Notes: generated from the sequence alone by a model not told the origin. Shown: positions 34,707 to 46,466, numbered from the stretch's first letter. The stretch is DNA of 64,000 nt from Escherichia coli (GCF_029227855.1 NZ_CP074356.1); one strand, 5' to 3'. Numbers and translations are program-made.

Positions 34707-34782
34707 GTGGTGGGTCGTGCAGGATTCGAACCTGCGACCAATTGATTAAAAGTCAACTGCTCTACCAACTGAGCTAACGACC
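34707..34782 (-). tRNA. lysW: tRNA-Lys (UUU)
   Basis: Identical 76-nt tRNA-Lys sequence on the minus strand. Confidence 0.93.
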
Positions 34783-34784
34783 CG

Positions 34785-34860
34785 GTGGTGGGTGATGACG
34801 GGATCGAACCGCCGACCCCCTCCTTGTAAGGGAGGTGCTCTCCCAGCTGAGCTAATCACC
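34785..34860 (-). tRNA. valT: tRNA-Val (UAC)
   Basis: Identical 76-nt tRNA-Val sequence on the minus strand. Confidence 0.93.
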
Positions 34861-34995
34861 CGATACTACGCTGGATACTACAACTAACTAGGTTAGTGGT
34901 GGGTCGTGCAGGATGACTCGACTTCGTCTCGCCCTTCGGGCCGTTGCTGACGCAACGTTATCCTTCACGTTTTACTACCGCTTCCACCTTAGCGA

Positions 34996-35071
34996 TTGGT
35001 GGGTCGTGCAGGATTCGAACCTGCGACCAATTGATTAAAAGTCAACTGCTCTACCAACTGAGCTAACGACC
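34996..35071 (-). tRNA. lysT: tRNA-Lys (UUU), first gene of the operon
   Basis: Identical 76-nt tRNA-Lys sequence on the minus strand. Confidence 0.93.
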
Positions 35072-35236
35072 CACTTTTTCGTTGCTTTCGGTTTGTTTGA
35101 TATCCCGTGGCAACGGCGGCATATATTACTGATTTCAGACTTGAGCGCAACAAAAATTTCGATGTAGATCACTCAACTGCTTATGATTCGCACGACACGA
35201 CCAGAAATAATGCGACTTCTGGTCGTGTGTTATGCA

Positions 35237-36028
35237 TTACATCGCGTTCAGACGTTTTTGTGCCTGTTTAGCGCCATCAGTACCAGGGTATTTACTGATA
35301 ACCTGCTGGTATACGGCTTTCGCTTTTGCGGTGTCACCTTTGTCCTGCATGATGACGCCGACTTTAAACATCGCATCTGCAGCCTTTGGTGACTTCGGAT
35401 AGTTTTTTACTACCGAAGCAAAATAGTACGCCGCATCATCTTTTTTACCCTTGTTGTAGTTTAACTGACCCAGCCAATAATTGGCGTTTGGCAGGTAAGT
35501 TGAATCAGGGTAATTTTTGATGAAATTCTGAAATGCCACCATTGCGTCATCCTGGCGGGATTTATCCTGCACCAGCGCAATTGCTGCATTGTAATCCGTG
35601 TTTGCATCGCCGCTTTTCACCGGCGCGCCAGCATTCGCAGTACCAGCATCAGCTGTCGGCGTCGTTGATGCCGCCGCACCGCTTTGATCACCGCTGGTTG
35701 ATTGCGCCGCTGCACCACCGCTGCTGAGGCTGTCGATCTGCAACAGGATCTGCTTTTGCCGCTCCACGACCTGATTCAGTTGATACTGATTTTCCTGAAT
35801 CTGGCCACGCAGGGAATCAATATCGGATTGATTATCAGAGAGTTGTTGCTGGAGTTGGGTTAAAAGCTGGCTGTGAGCATTTGAAATACGCTCAAGTTGA
35901 GTGACGCGGTCTTCGACCGAGCCTGAGCCGACACTACTGATTGGTGCCTGAGCAAAAGCGGCCCAGGGGGCCGCTATACCAACCAGTAACGACAGACTCA
36001 ATAGTTGATGTCTGAAGTTACTGCTCAT
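35237..36028 (-). CDS. cpoB: Cell-division coordinator CpoB (YbgF), periplasmic TPR protein
   Basis: 263 aa ORF with signal peptide MSSNFRHQLLSLSLLVGIAAPWAAFA and a coiled-coil/TPR C-terminus; matches CpoB. Confidence 0.95.
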   Translation of the reverse strand: MSSNFRHQLLSLSLLVGIAAPWAAFAQAPISSVGSGSVEDRVTQLERISNAHSQLLTQLQQQLSDNQSDIDSLRGQIQENQYQLNQVVERQKQILLQIDSLSSGGAAAQSTSGDQSGAAASTTPTADAGTANAGAPVKSGDANTDYNAAIALVQDKSRQDDAMVAFQNFIKNYPDSTYLPNANYWLGQLNYNKGKKDDAAYYFASVVKNYPKSPKAADAMFKVGVIMQDKGDTAKAKAVYQQVISKYPGTDGAKQAQKRLNAM

Positions 36029-36037
36029 GCAATTCTC

Positions 36038-36583
<546 letters not shown>

Positions 36584-36593
36584 TTAATTATTA

Positions 36594-37886
36594 TCACAGA
36601 TACGGCGACCAGGCAGGGAATTTGACCTGTCCATCAGTTGCCGGAAGACGCGCTTTGAAACGCCCATCTGTAGAAACCAAATTCAGCACGGATCCCATCC
36701 CCTGAGAAGAGCTGTAGATTACCATAGTGCCGTTAGGTGCCAGACTTGGCGTTTCATCCAGGAACGTGGACGACAGAACTTGTACGCCTCCCGTTGCCAG
36801 ATCTTGTTTGGCAATGTGCTGCTGCCCACCATTGGAGCTGACCATTACCATAAATTTACCGTCGCTGCTGACATCCGCATCCTGGTTCTGCGAACCTTCC
36901 CAGGTAATACGTTGTGGCGCACCGCCGTTGATATTCACTTTATAAACCTGTGGACGACCGGCCTGGTCAGAAGTAAATGCCAGGTTCTGGCTGTCCGGGA
37001 ACCAGGTCGGTTCGGTATTGTTACTGCGACCATCCGTCACCTGGCGGATCTGACCAGAAGCCAAATCCATTACGTACAGGTTCAGACTACCGGTTTTCGA
37101 CAAGGCGAATGCCAGTTTGCTGCCGTCTGGCGAGAATGCAGGTGCACCGTTGTGACGCGGGAATGAAGCCACCTGACGTACAGCGCCATTTGCCAGCGTT
37201 TGGATGACCAGCGCGGAACGACCGCTTTCGAAGGTCACATAAGCCAGTTTAGAACCGTCTGGTGACCACGCCGGAGACATCAGCGGCTGCGGTGAACGGT
37301 GAACGACAAACTGGTTGTAACCGTCATAGTCAGATACGCGCAGTTCATACGGGAACTGACCGCCGTTGGTCTGAACAACGTAGGCAATACGGGTACGGAA
37401 CGCACCTTTAATGCCGGTCAGTTTTTCAAACACTTCATCACTGGCGGTATGACCAGCATAACGCAGCCACTGCTTGTTCACTTTGTACGAGTTCTGAGCA
37501 AGTACAGTACCCGGTGCGCCGCCAGTGTCAACAAGTTGATAAGCAACATTGTAAGAACCATCCGGATTCGGAGTGACCTGACCGACAACTACAGCGTCAA
37601 TGCCCAGTGCGGACCATGCAGCTGGTTGTACTTCCTGCGCACTACCCGGCTGCTGTGGCAGACGAGCGCGATCTAACGGATTAAATTTACCGCTGTTACG
37701 CAAGTCAGCAGCAACGATGCCGCCAATATCTTCAGGTGCCGCACCAGGACCCGCCCACTGGAAAGGAACAACACCAATAGGACGACCGGAATCTACACCG
37801 CTGTCGATCACAATGCGGACTTCAGCATGCAGAACTGATGCCCACAGTATGAGAAAACCAAATGCTACTCGTAATGCCTGCTTCAT
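36594..37886 (-). CDS. tolB: Tol-Pal system periplasmic protein TolB
   Basis: [21 protein letters not shown] signal peptide followed by a beta-propeller domain; start taken at the second Met of the ORF-track protein. Confidence 0.95.
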   Translation of the reverse strand: MKQALRVAFGFLILWASVLHAEVRIVIDSGVDSGRPIGVVPFQWAGPGAAPEDIGGIVAADLRNSGKFNPLDRARLPQQPGSAQEVQPAAWSALGIDAVVVGQVTPNPDGSYNVAYQLVDTGGAPGTVLAQNSYKVNKQWLRYAGHTASDEVFEKLTGIKGAFRTRIAYVVQTNGGQFPYELRVSDYDGYNQFVVHRSPQPLMSPAWSPDGSKLAYVTFESGRSALVIQTLANGAVRQVASFPRHNGAPAFSPDGSKLAFALSKTGSLNLYVMDLASGQIRQVTDGRSNNTEPTWFPDSQNLAFTSDQAGRPQVYKVNINGGAPQRITWEGSQNQDADVSSDGKFMVMVSSNGGQQHIAKQDLATGGVQVLSSTFLDETPSLAPNGTMVIYSSSQGMGSVLNLVSTDGRFKARLPATDGQVKFPAWSPYL

Positions 37887-38018
37887 CATATCTCCCTTAT
37901 CTGGACCGATGGCCCACGATAATTTAGCAGAATGTTAACAAACTAAAATACACAAAACTACCAGAACCCCGTGGCAACCGGTGCCTGATGTTGACCGTCG
38001 GAACAGTCAACATCGCGA

Positions 38019-39329
38019 TTACGGTTTGAAGTCCAATGGCGCGTTTTTGAACACTTCATATACTGCCTGGCTTGGTGGTTTCGGGATCTTCGCAAGTTTA
38101 GCTGCTGCCAACGCAGCCTGACAAAGTGCGGGATCGCCACCTTCAGGTTTGATATCCAGTAACATACCATCGGGTGCCAGTTTTATGCGCAGCGTACAGG
38201 TTTTGCCTGCATAGGACGATGCGTCATAGAACTTACTTTCGATAGCAGATTTAATCTGCCCGGCATAGTTATTGATATCGGCCCCTGATGCGCCATTGTT
38301 TTTAGTATTACCACTCCCGGCAGGCGAAGCATTGTTCCCTTTCGCCCCTCCCCCCGTTTTCGGTGCATTCTTACCAGAGCTTAGCTCACCGAAAATATCA
38401 TCTGCCTCTGCGGCAGCTTTTGCTGCAGCGGCTTTTTCAGCTGCTGCTTTTGCAGCTGCTGCTTTTGCAGCTGCCGCTTTTTTGTCTGCGGCGGCTTTTT
38501 CTGCCGCTGCTTTCTTATCAGCTGCTGCCTTTTCAGCAGCTGCCTTTTCAGCAGCTGCCTTTTCAGCAGCCGCTTTTTCTGCTGCTTTTTTGTCGGCTGC
38601 AGCTTTCTCTGCTGCCACTTTCTTATCAGCTGCAGCCTTTTCAGCAGCCGCTTTCTTCTCAGCTTCTGCCTTGGCTTTTTCAGCAGCTTCAGTTGCCGCT
38701 TTCTTTCTTGCTTCAGCTGCAGCTGCTTCTGCCGCTTCCGCTTTCTTCTTCAGTGCCGCAGCGGCTGCCTCGGCTTTTTTCTGCGCTTCGGCTGCGGCTT
38801 TGGCGGCTTCTGCTTCTGCTTTTTTCTTCGCGTCTGCAGCCGCTTTCTTCGCAGCTTCTTCCGCAGCTTTAGCATCCGCTTCAGCCTTCGCTTTAGCATC
38901 TTCCGCCGCTTTCGCTGCCGCTTCTTCCGCTTGCTTCTGCTTTAACTCGGCCTGTTTTGCGGCTTCTTCAGCCTGCTTTTTCTGTTCCTGAGCAGCTAAC
39001 CGCTCTTTCTCAAGTTGCTTCAGGCGTTCCTGTTCAGCCGCTTGTTTCTCACGCAGTTCTTCAGCAGCCTGCTGTTCCTTCATCTTGCGCTGCTCATCAG
39101 AACGCTTCGCGCTTGATTCCTGGCTTTGCATGCGTTTGTACTGCTCAACTACCGCACCTGAATCAACCATGACAGCGTCGATGGATGAACCACCGCCGCC
39201 TCCGGCTGAAGCTTCTATATTCTCATCGAACGAACTCCAGATCAGCGCCGCAAATAAGATGACATGCAGCACTGCTGAAATAATTATCGCCCGCTTGAGC
39301 TTGTCGTTTTGTTCGGTTGCCTTTGACAC
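38019..39329 (-). CDS. tolA: Tol-Pal system protein TolA
   Basis: 436 aa ORF MSKATEQNDKLKRAIIISAVLHVILFAALIW... with a long Ala/Lys/Glu-rich helical domain II and a conserved C-terminal domain; matches TolA. Confidence 0.95.
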   Translation of the reverse strand: MSKATEQNDKLKRAIIISAVLHVILFAALIWSSFDENIEASAGGGGGSSIDAVMVDSGAVVEQYKRMQSQESSAKRSDEQRKMKEQQAAEELREKQAAEQERLKQLEKERLAAQEQKKQAEEAAKQAELKQKQAEEAAAKAAEDAKAKAEADAKAAEEAAKKAAADAKKKAEAEAAKAAAEAQKKAEAAAAALKKKAEAAEAAAAEARKKAATEAAEKAKAEAEKKAAAEKAAADKKVAAEKAAADKKAAEKAAAEKAAAEKAAAEKAAADKKAAAEKAAADKKAAAAKAAAAKAAAEKAAAAKAAAEADDIFGELSSGKNAPKTGGGAKGNNASPAGSGNTKNNGASGADINNYAGQIKSAIESKFYDASSYAGKTCTLRIKLAPDGMLLDIKPEGGDPALCQAALAAAKLAKIPKPPSQAVYEVFKNAPLDFKP

Positions 39330-39393
39330 TCTCGGTTTCCAAAAACTGTTCGCCTGTTACCCGCTCTCTTTCAAGCAAGGGAAACGCAGATGT

Positions 39394-39822
39394 TTAGATA
39401 GGCTGCGTCATTAAACCAACCGATTTCACACCCGCACTATGTAACAAGTTCAGTGCTTTAATTATTTCATCGTAAGGCACATCTTTTGCGCCACCGATCA
39501 GAAAGACCGTTTTCGGGTTGGCCTTGAAACGGCTGGACACTTCCGCCACCACCTGCTCTGGTGGTAAACGCTCCAGGCGATCTTTCTCAACCACCACGGT
39601 GTACTGACCAATACCAGACACTTCAACAATCACTGGCGGATTATCGTTACTGCTAACCGCCTGTGATTCAGTAGCGTCTGGCAGATCGACCTCCACGCTC
39701 TGGGTGATGATGGGCGCTGTCGCCATAAAGATCAGCAACAGCACCAGCAGTACGTCCAGCAACGGTACAATGTTGATTTCGGACTTGAGATCGCGACGAC
39801 CTCGTCCACGCGCTCTGGCCAT
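39394..39822 (-). CDS. tolR: Tol-Pal system protein TolR
   Basis: 142 aa ORF MARARGRGRRDLKSEINIVPLLDVLLVLLLIFMATAPIITQ...; matches TolR. Confidence 0.96.
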   Translation of the reverse strand: MARARGRGRRDLKSEINIVPLLDVLLVLLLIFMATAPIITQSVEVDLPDATESQAVSSNDNPPVIVEVSGIGQYTVVVEKDRLERLPPEQVVAEVSSRFKANPKTVFLIGGAKDVPYDEIIKALNLLHSAGVKSVGLMTQPI

Positions 39823-39825
39823 GGC

Positions 39826-40919
<1,094 letters not shown>

Positions 40920-41068
40920 TTTACATCCCGGTAATGCAACAAAAGTTAGAGCTTTTAAACGCTGCTACTATACGCGCGCGATTGAGGTTTGGGAATGAGG
41001 GCAAGTTAAGGGAGCGTAAAAATTTATGGGCCTGGAGCGGCCCATAATTTTTTAAAGAGAATTCTGAT

Positions 41069-41362
41069 TTAAAAGAAGAAGAAAATCAGCCCGACAATGA
41101 GAACAATATCAGCAAGCAATGGGCAAAAAATCCCTTGCCAAAGAACCTTCTGCGGACGAAAGCCCACGCCGTGAATCACACCAGCACAGACGGCCCACAT
41201 CAGCAATAAACCATGCCAGATTTCCAGTTCACTGGTCTTCGCGGCGAAACGTGATGGGTCCCAAAACATACATCCGGCTAACAGAAGCGCCATCACGAAG
41301 GAAAGCGCCCGCAGGGGGCGCTTGTCCATTACCGCATACAAGGTTGCGATAATCTTACTCAT
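41069..41362 (-). CDS. ybgE: Inner-membrane protein YbgE (cyd operon)
   Basis: 97 aa hydrophobic ORF MSKIIATLYAVMDKRPLRALSFVMALLLAGCMFW... Confidence 0.9.
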   Translation of the reverse strand: MSKIIATLYAVMDKRPLRALSFVMALLLAGCMFWDPSRFAAKTSELEIWHGLLLMWAVCAGVIHGVGFRPQKVLWQGIFCPLLADIVLIVGLIFFFF

Positions 41363-41475
41363 CAGATGTCTTCTTGACCGGCTTTGCCTGATTCGACGTG
41401 CTCAAGCGCCAGCGCGGTGATTACCCCAAACGAACAGGCAAGAAGCGTTCCCAGAATCCATGCGAAATACCACAT
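41362..41475 (-). CDS. cydX: CydX (YbgT), 37 aa subunit of cytochrome bd-I oxidase
   Basis: My own translation of the minus strand gives MWYFAWILGTLLACSFGVITALALEHVESGKAGQEDI; stop overlaps the ybgE start (ATGA); below the ORF-track size floor. Confidence 0.9.
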   Translation of the reverse strand: MWYFAWILGTLLACSFGVITALALEHVESGKAGQEDI

Positions 41476-41489
41476 TTTTAGCTCCTTAC

Positions 41490-42629
41490 TTAGTACAGAG
41501 AGTGGGTGTTACGTTCAATATCTTCTTTGGTGATACGACCGAACATTTTCCAGTAACACCAGGCGGTGTAGAGCAGAATGATCGGTACCAGAACCACCGC
41601 AACCCAGGTCATGACGTTAAGCGTCAGCTGGCTGGAAGTTGCATCCCACATTGTCAGACTTGCGTTCATCATGGTGCTGGACGGCATCACAAACGGGAAC
41701 ATTGCGATACCGGCAGTCAGGATGATGCAGGCCAGCGTCAGGGAGGAGAACACAAACGCCCACGCGGCTTTATCCATACGTGCAGTCAGGATGGTCAGCA
41801 GCGGCAGAACCACACCCAGTGCCGGAATAGCCCACAGAATTGGCGTGTTGTTGAAGTTTACCAGCCATGCGCCAGCTTCACGAACCACTTCTTTATTCAG
41901 TGGGTTAGAGGCTGCGTAATGGTCCATTGTCGATTTCACGACATAACCATCGATACCGTACATCACCCATACGCCAGCCAGTGCGAAACAGACCAGTGTC
42001 ACCAGTGCCGCCACCTGAGCCGTTGCACGGGTACGCAGGTGCAGTTCGCCCACGGTACGCATTTGCAGATAGGTTGCGCCCTGAGTAATGATCATCCCTA
42101 CGCTCACCACGCCTGCCAGCAGGCCGAACGGGTTAAGCAGCTGGAAGAAGTTACCGGTGTAGTACAGACGCAGATATTCATCAACGTTGAACGGTACGCC
42201 CTGCAACAGGTTACCGAACGCTACACCAATCACCAGCGGCGGAACGAAGCTACCAATGAAGATGCCCCAGTCCCACATGTTACGCCAGCGGGTTTCTTCA
42301 ATCTTGGAGCGGTAGTCAAAACCGACCGGACGGAAGAACAAAGACGCCAGCACGAGGATCATCGCCACATAGAAGCCGGAGAACGCAGCGGCATAGACCA
42401 TCGGCCAGGCAGCAAAGAGTGCGCCGCCTGCGGTGATCAGCCAAACCTGGTTACCGTCCCAGTGTGGTGCAATGGAGTTAATCATAATTCGACGCTCGGT
42501 GTCGTTACGACCGAGGAAACGGGTGAGCATGCCCACCCCCATGTCGAAACCGTCAGTGACTGCAAAACCAATCAGCAGAACGCCAACCAGCAGCCACCAG
42601 ATAAAACGCAATACTTCATAATCGATCAT
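41490..42629 (-). CDS. cydB: Cytochrome bd-I ubiquinol oxidase subunit II (CydB)
   Basis: 379 aa ORF MIDYEVLRFIWWLLVGVLLIGFAVTDGFDMGVGMLTRFLG...; matches CydB. Confidence 0.96.
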   Translation of the reverse strand: MIDYEVLRFIWWLLVGVLLIGFAVTDGFDMGVGMLTRFLGRNDTERRIMINSIAPHWDGNQVWLITAGGALFAAWPMVYAAAFSGFYVAMILVLASLFFRPVGFDYRSKIEETRWRNMWDWGIFIGSFVPPLVIGVAFGNLLQGVPFNVDEYLRLYYTGNFFQLLNPFGLLAGVVSVGMIITQGATYLQMRTVGELHLRTRATAQVAALVTLVCFALAGVWVMYGIDGYVVKSTMDHYAASNPLNKEVVREAGAWLVNFNNTPILWAIPALGVVLPLLTILTARMDKAAWAFVFSSLTLACIILTAGIAMFPFVMPSSTMMNASLTMWDATSSQLTLNVMTWVAVVLVPIILLYTAWCYWKMFGRITKEDIERNTHSLY

Positions 42630-42644
42630 TTGACGACTCCTGTC

Positions 42645-44213
42645 TTAGCGTGCCGGCTGAGTAGTCGTGGAAGACTGCTCAAAGTGATAGCGACCGGTTT
42701 TCAGGCTGCTTGGGCCGAGGCGTGCAAACTTGAACATTAAGAACAATTCTGCCACCAGGAACAGGGTATACAGGCCGCAAATCAGCACCATTGAGAAGAT
42801 GAGATCGCCTGCGGTCAGTGACGAGTTCGCCACAGCTGTCGGCAGCACTTCACCGATAGCCCACGGTTGGCGGCCATATTCAGCCACAAACCAGCCCGCT
42901 TCTACAGCAATCCACGGCAGCGGAATACCGTACAGCGCGGCGCGCAGCAGCCATTTTTTCTCGCCAATGCGGTTGCGGATGACACTCCAGAAAGAGAGCG
43001 CGATGATTGCCAGCAGTAGGAAGCCACACGCCACCATGATACGGAACGCGAAGTACAGCGGCGCTACACGCGGAATGGAGTCTTTGGTTGCCTGTTGAAT
43101 CTGCGCTTCAGTCGCATCAGCCACGTTTGGCGTATAGCGTTTCAGCAGCAGACCGTAACCGAGGTCTTTCTTCATGCTATTGAACTGGTCACGAACCGCC
43201 TGGTCGGTAGAACCAGAACGCAGTTGCTCGAGCAGAGAGTACGCCTTCATCCCGTTACGAATGCGTTCTTCATGCTGCACCATCAGTTCTTTCAGGCCGA
43301 TAACTGGAGTATCCACGGAACGCGTTGCAATGATGCCCAGCGCGTAAGGGATCTGGATCGCAAATTTGTTCGTCTCCTCTTCCTGATCAGGAATGCCGAA
43401 CAGAGTAAAGGCAGCAGGCGCAGGTTGCGTTTCCCACTCGGCTTCAATAGCAGCCAGTTTGGTTTTCTGCACGTCGCCCATTTCGTAACCAGATTCATCA
43501 CCCAGAACAATAACAGACAGAACGGCAGCCATACCGAAGCTGGCAGCGATAGCAAAGGAGCGTTTAGCGAAGGCGAAGTCACGACCTTTCAGCATATACC
43601 ATGCGCTGATACCGAGGATGAACATCGCGCCAGTCACATAACCAGACGCTACAGTGTGAACGAATTTCACCTGAGCAACCGGGTTAAGCACCAGCTCGGA
43701 GAAGCTCACCATCTCCATACGCATAGTTTCAAAGTTGAAATCGGACGCGATTGGGTTTTGCATCCAGCCGTTCGCAACCAGAATCCACAGTGCGGACAGG
43801 TTTGAACCGAGCGCCACCAGCCAGGTGACACACATATGCTGAACTTTACCCAGACGATCCCAACCGAAGAAGAACAGACCTACAAAGGTGGATTCGAGGA
43901 AGAAGGCCATCAGACCTTCGATTGCCAGCGGCGCACCGAAGATATCCCCTACATAGTGGGAATAGTAAGACCAGTTAGTCCCGAACTGGAACTCCATGGT
44001 CAGACCGGTAGCCACACCCAGAGCGAAGTTGATACCAAACAACTTGCCCCAGAACTTGGTCATATCTTTATAAATCTGTTTGCCGGAAAGGACGTAGACC
44101 GTTTCCATAATGGCCAGCAGGAACGCCATACCGAGCGTCAGTGGCACAAAAAGGAAGTGGTACATCGCGGTCAAGGCAAACTGTAAGCGCGACAGTTCGA
44201 CTATATCTAACAT
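42645..44213 (-). CDS. cydA: Cytochrome bd-I ubiquinol oxidase subunit I (CydA)
   Basis: [41 protein letters not shown]... (start taken at the second Met of the ORF-track protein); matches CydA. Confidence 0.96.
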
Positions 44214-44550
44214 CATGACTCCTTGCTCATCGCATGAAGACTCCGAGAGTGAACCCCGTTAGAAAGGGTCACACGCATGCCCCAATACAAAATTATTTGC
44301 TCGCCTCTATCGTTGCCATTTCATCAAAAGAGGAAAAGACAATGATAAAAAAGTTACAAATATGTTAATGAATAAACCAAATTGATCCCGTAATTATATT
44401 ACGCCGCAAAATCCTTACAATAAACATGTTTTTATTGAGCAAATTTGCATTTTTCGACAGTGATCAATTTATAGCGAAATTGTCACGATCTCACCAATTT
44501 GATCTACGACAATTTATCGTGTTTTGCAGATTTTTTTCAAGAATTAAAAA

Positions 44551-44564
44551 TTGATTTATATCAA
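44551..44564. promoter_or_regulatory. FNR-type box (TTGAT-N4-ATCAA) in the cydAB upstream regulatory region
   Basis: Perfect match ttgatttatatcaa about 340 bp upstream of the cydA start, within a long AT-rich leader; cydAB is a known FNR/ArcA-controlled operon. Confidence 0.65.
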
Positions 44565-45018
44565 AACCAACCAAATATGTTAATTGTGTATAAACCATAG
44601 ATCATTGGTGATTTTATTGTTAATTTATTGTGAAATATTTATGCAACACAATTATTACAATGAAAAGGTATAGATAAAAAACCAGTGTTTTATTTAACAG
44701 AACCGCCTTATCCACTTTTTATAATACCAATTGATTAGATTAGCCAATTTGTTGCTATTTTACATAACATATTTTTATCAAAGTTAATTGATTGTTGCGT
44801 TTATGAGCACCGGCCGTAAGCCCGTTATGTTATTGTTTCATTAGTAATAATCACTTAAATGTATCGATGAAACAGGTATGACTTAGCGGGAGTGATTGTT
44901 TCTGAGTGAACAGAGACCACTTTCGCCTGATAAATGAAAAATGAGCGATTTTTGCAAGTTAGTTTTTCTATAGCCGAGTACGCTCAGCGCCTCGCTTGAT
45001 TACAATGAGGTTGCTGCT

Positions 45019-45963
45019 ATGAGTCCTGATAATATCAGTTCTGCTGTCAATCGCTTCTCAGGTTGGCCATCTAATGATCCTCTAAAAACAGATAAAGAAT
45101 CAATGACATCACCCATGACTGTGCAGGTAATAAAGATGATTGCCGCCATCCTTGACCCACATCGGATAGTCGTTGGAATCGATACACTTTATACAACGCA
45201 GCGCGAAACATTTACCTCAGAGAGTCAACAGCTCATTGAATCAGCATTGCAAACACTTCATGTGATGAATTTAAATAACCTGGAAACAAATCTCGATGAG
45301 GAAGGTCACTATCTGGCTTTTGGATATAACGTTGACACTCCTGACAGAATAACCGTTTCTGCTTATAATGAAAAAAAGCCTGGCTGCTATGGCCAATGTC
45401 TTTTAATACAGGATGACGAAACAGACTTATTTAACCTGATAAAAGTTAAAATTTTTGAAGCCAGGCATAATTATGTCGCTCAATTGATGAGCGATCCGGA
45501 ATTTATGTTCAAATTTAGTTATAGCGCTCAACAAAATAGATTAGAACCTCATCTTCTGGTTCCCACTTATTTCCCTCTAAAAACAAACGAACCGGTTACG
45601 CAAGAGGATGTACTGTTACTTTATCGTTTCTTTAAAATGGATGGTGATTTTAATATATTAACATCAGATGAATACATGAGTATCATGACACCTCTAATGA
45701 AGTGTGAGCGTAGCATCCACGACCACAACAGGTATGTGACGGGCAAAGATACCCTTCTTCTGGACTATCCTCCTTCTGGTAACCAGATATATTTCCATAT
45801 TTTTCCTGACGAATCAGCAACACTAGTCCTTTATTTTTCAAACAATGACATTGAATGTTTCGTCTTTGAAAGAGATATTCCGAGCCAGTATCGCTTTTTC
45901 AAAATGTTTACCAATCTGGCACTGGTTATTGATCAGTTAACCGATGCCAATCAAATACTTTAA
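45019..45963 (+). CDS. Hypothetical protein, 314 aa, AT-rich accessory gene; no family recognised
   Basis: A long open frame in DNA that is markedly AT-rich (where chance ORFs of this length are unlikely); polar Ser/Thr/Pro-rich N-terminus (MSPDNISSAVNRFSGWPSNDPLKTDKESMTSP), no signal peptide or transmembrane segment evident. Confidence 0.6.
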   Translation: MSPDNISSAVNRFSGWPSNDPLKTDKESMTSPMTVQVIKMIAAILDPHRIVVGIDTLYTTQRETFTSESQQLIESALQTLHVMNLNNLETNLDEEGHYLAFGYNVDTPDRITVSAYNEKKPGCYGQCLLIQDDETDLFNLIKVKIFEARHNYVAQLMSDPEFMFKFSYSAQQNRLEPHLLVPTYFPLKTNEPVTQEDVLLLYRFFKMDGDFNILTSDEYMSIMTPLMKCERSIHDHNRYVTGKDTLLLDYPPSGNQIYFHIFPDESATLVLYFSNNDIECFVFERDIPSQYRFFKMFTNLALVIDQLTDANQIL

Positions 45964-46043
45964 TTTTTATATATTCCCTGTGGCAAATATTGCTAAACAA
46001 TGCCCGGGGATTAATTTTTATTACTCACGGAAAGATTTAAATA

Positions 46044-46466
46044 ATGATCCCATCTCAAATCTCTTTCAACACCCTTCCTGTCAATGCAACATACGCTTCA
46101 GAGACAACAGTTGACACACAAAAATTCTCTGACATCCTCTACTCAGCGGGGTGTTCCCTAAAGGATCTGGCTTATTTGAGCAGATGTCTGGCATCAATAC
46201 ATCCGACTATCGCCAAAAACATTTATGAAACAGAAAATCTCAGCGATCAAAAATTACTACATATTGATTGCCGTAGTACAAATGAAATCAAGATAAATAT
46301 CTTTTTTGGTCGACAACGAGAAGGATTAATTGAAATTAGTTCTGACACAGTCATTTTTTCGATACTGTCTTCATTGATTGACTCCACCATTTCTAAATTT
46401 CAACACCAAAACCCCGTTAACGGTTCTGTAAATCCTGACCTATTGTATGAGGATTATACTGATTAA
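46044..46466 (+). CDS. Hypothetical protein, 140 aa, AT-rich accessory gene; no family recognised
   Basis: ORF 81 bp downstream of the previous gene on the same strand; predominantly acidic, Ser/Thr-rich N-terminus (MIPSQISFNTLPVNATYASETTVDTQKF). Confidence 0.5.
   Translation: MIPSQISFNTLPVNATYASETTVDTQKFSDILYSAGCSLKDLAYLSRCLASIHPTIAKNIYETENLSDQKLLHIDCRSTNEIKINIFFGRQREGLIEISSDTVIFSILSSLIDSTISKFQHQNPVNGSVNPDLLYEDYTD

Noticed and set aside
34011-35071. Possible CRISPR array suggested by regularly spaced near-identical 76-bp units
   Set aside because: The repeats are tRNA-Lys and tRNA-Val genes with heterogeneous spacers; no CRISPR repeat structure and no cas genes nearby.
38272-38991. 239 aa plus-strand ORF (Ala/Phe/Ser-rich), and a second 169 aa ORF, opposite tolA
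   Set aside because: They lie antisense to the well-supported tolA gene within its GC-rich repetitive region; the low-complexity translation is an artefact of the repeat, not a gene.
41460-42740. 426 aa plus-strand ORF (His/Gln/Cys-rich) opposite cydB
   Set aside because: Antisense to cydB; its composition is typical of a GC-rich antisense frame.
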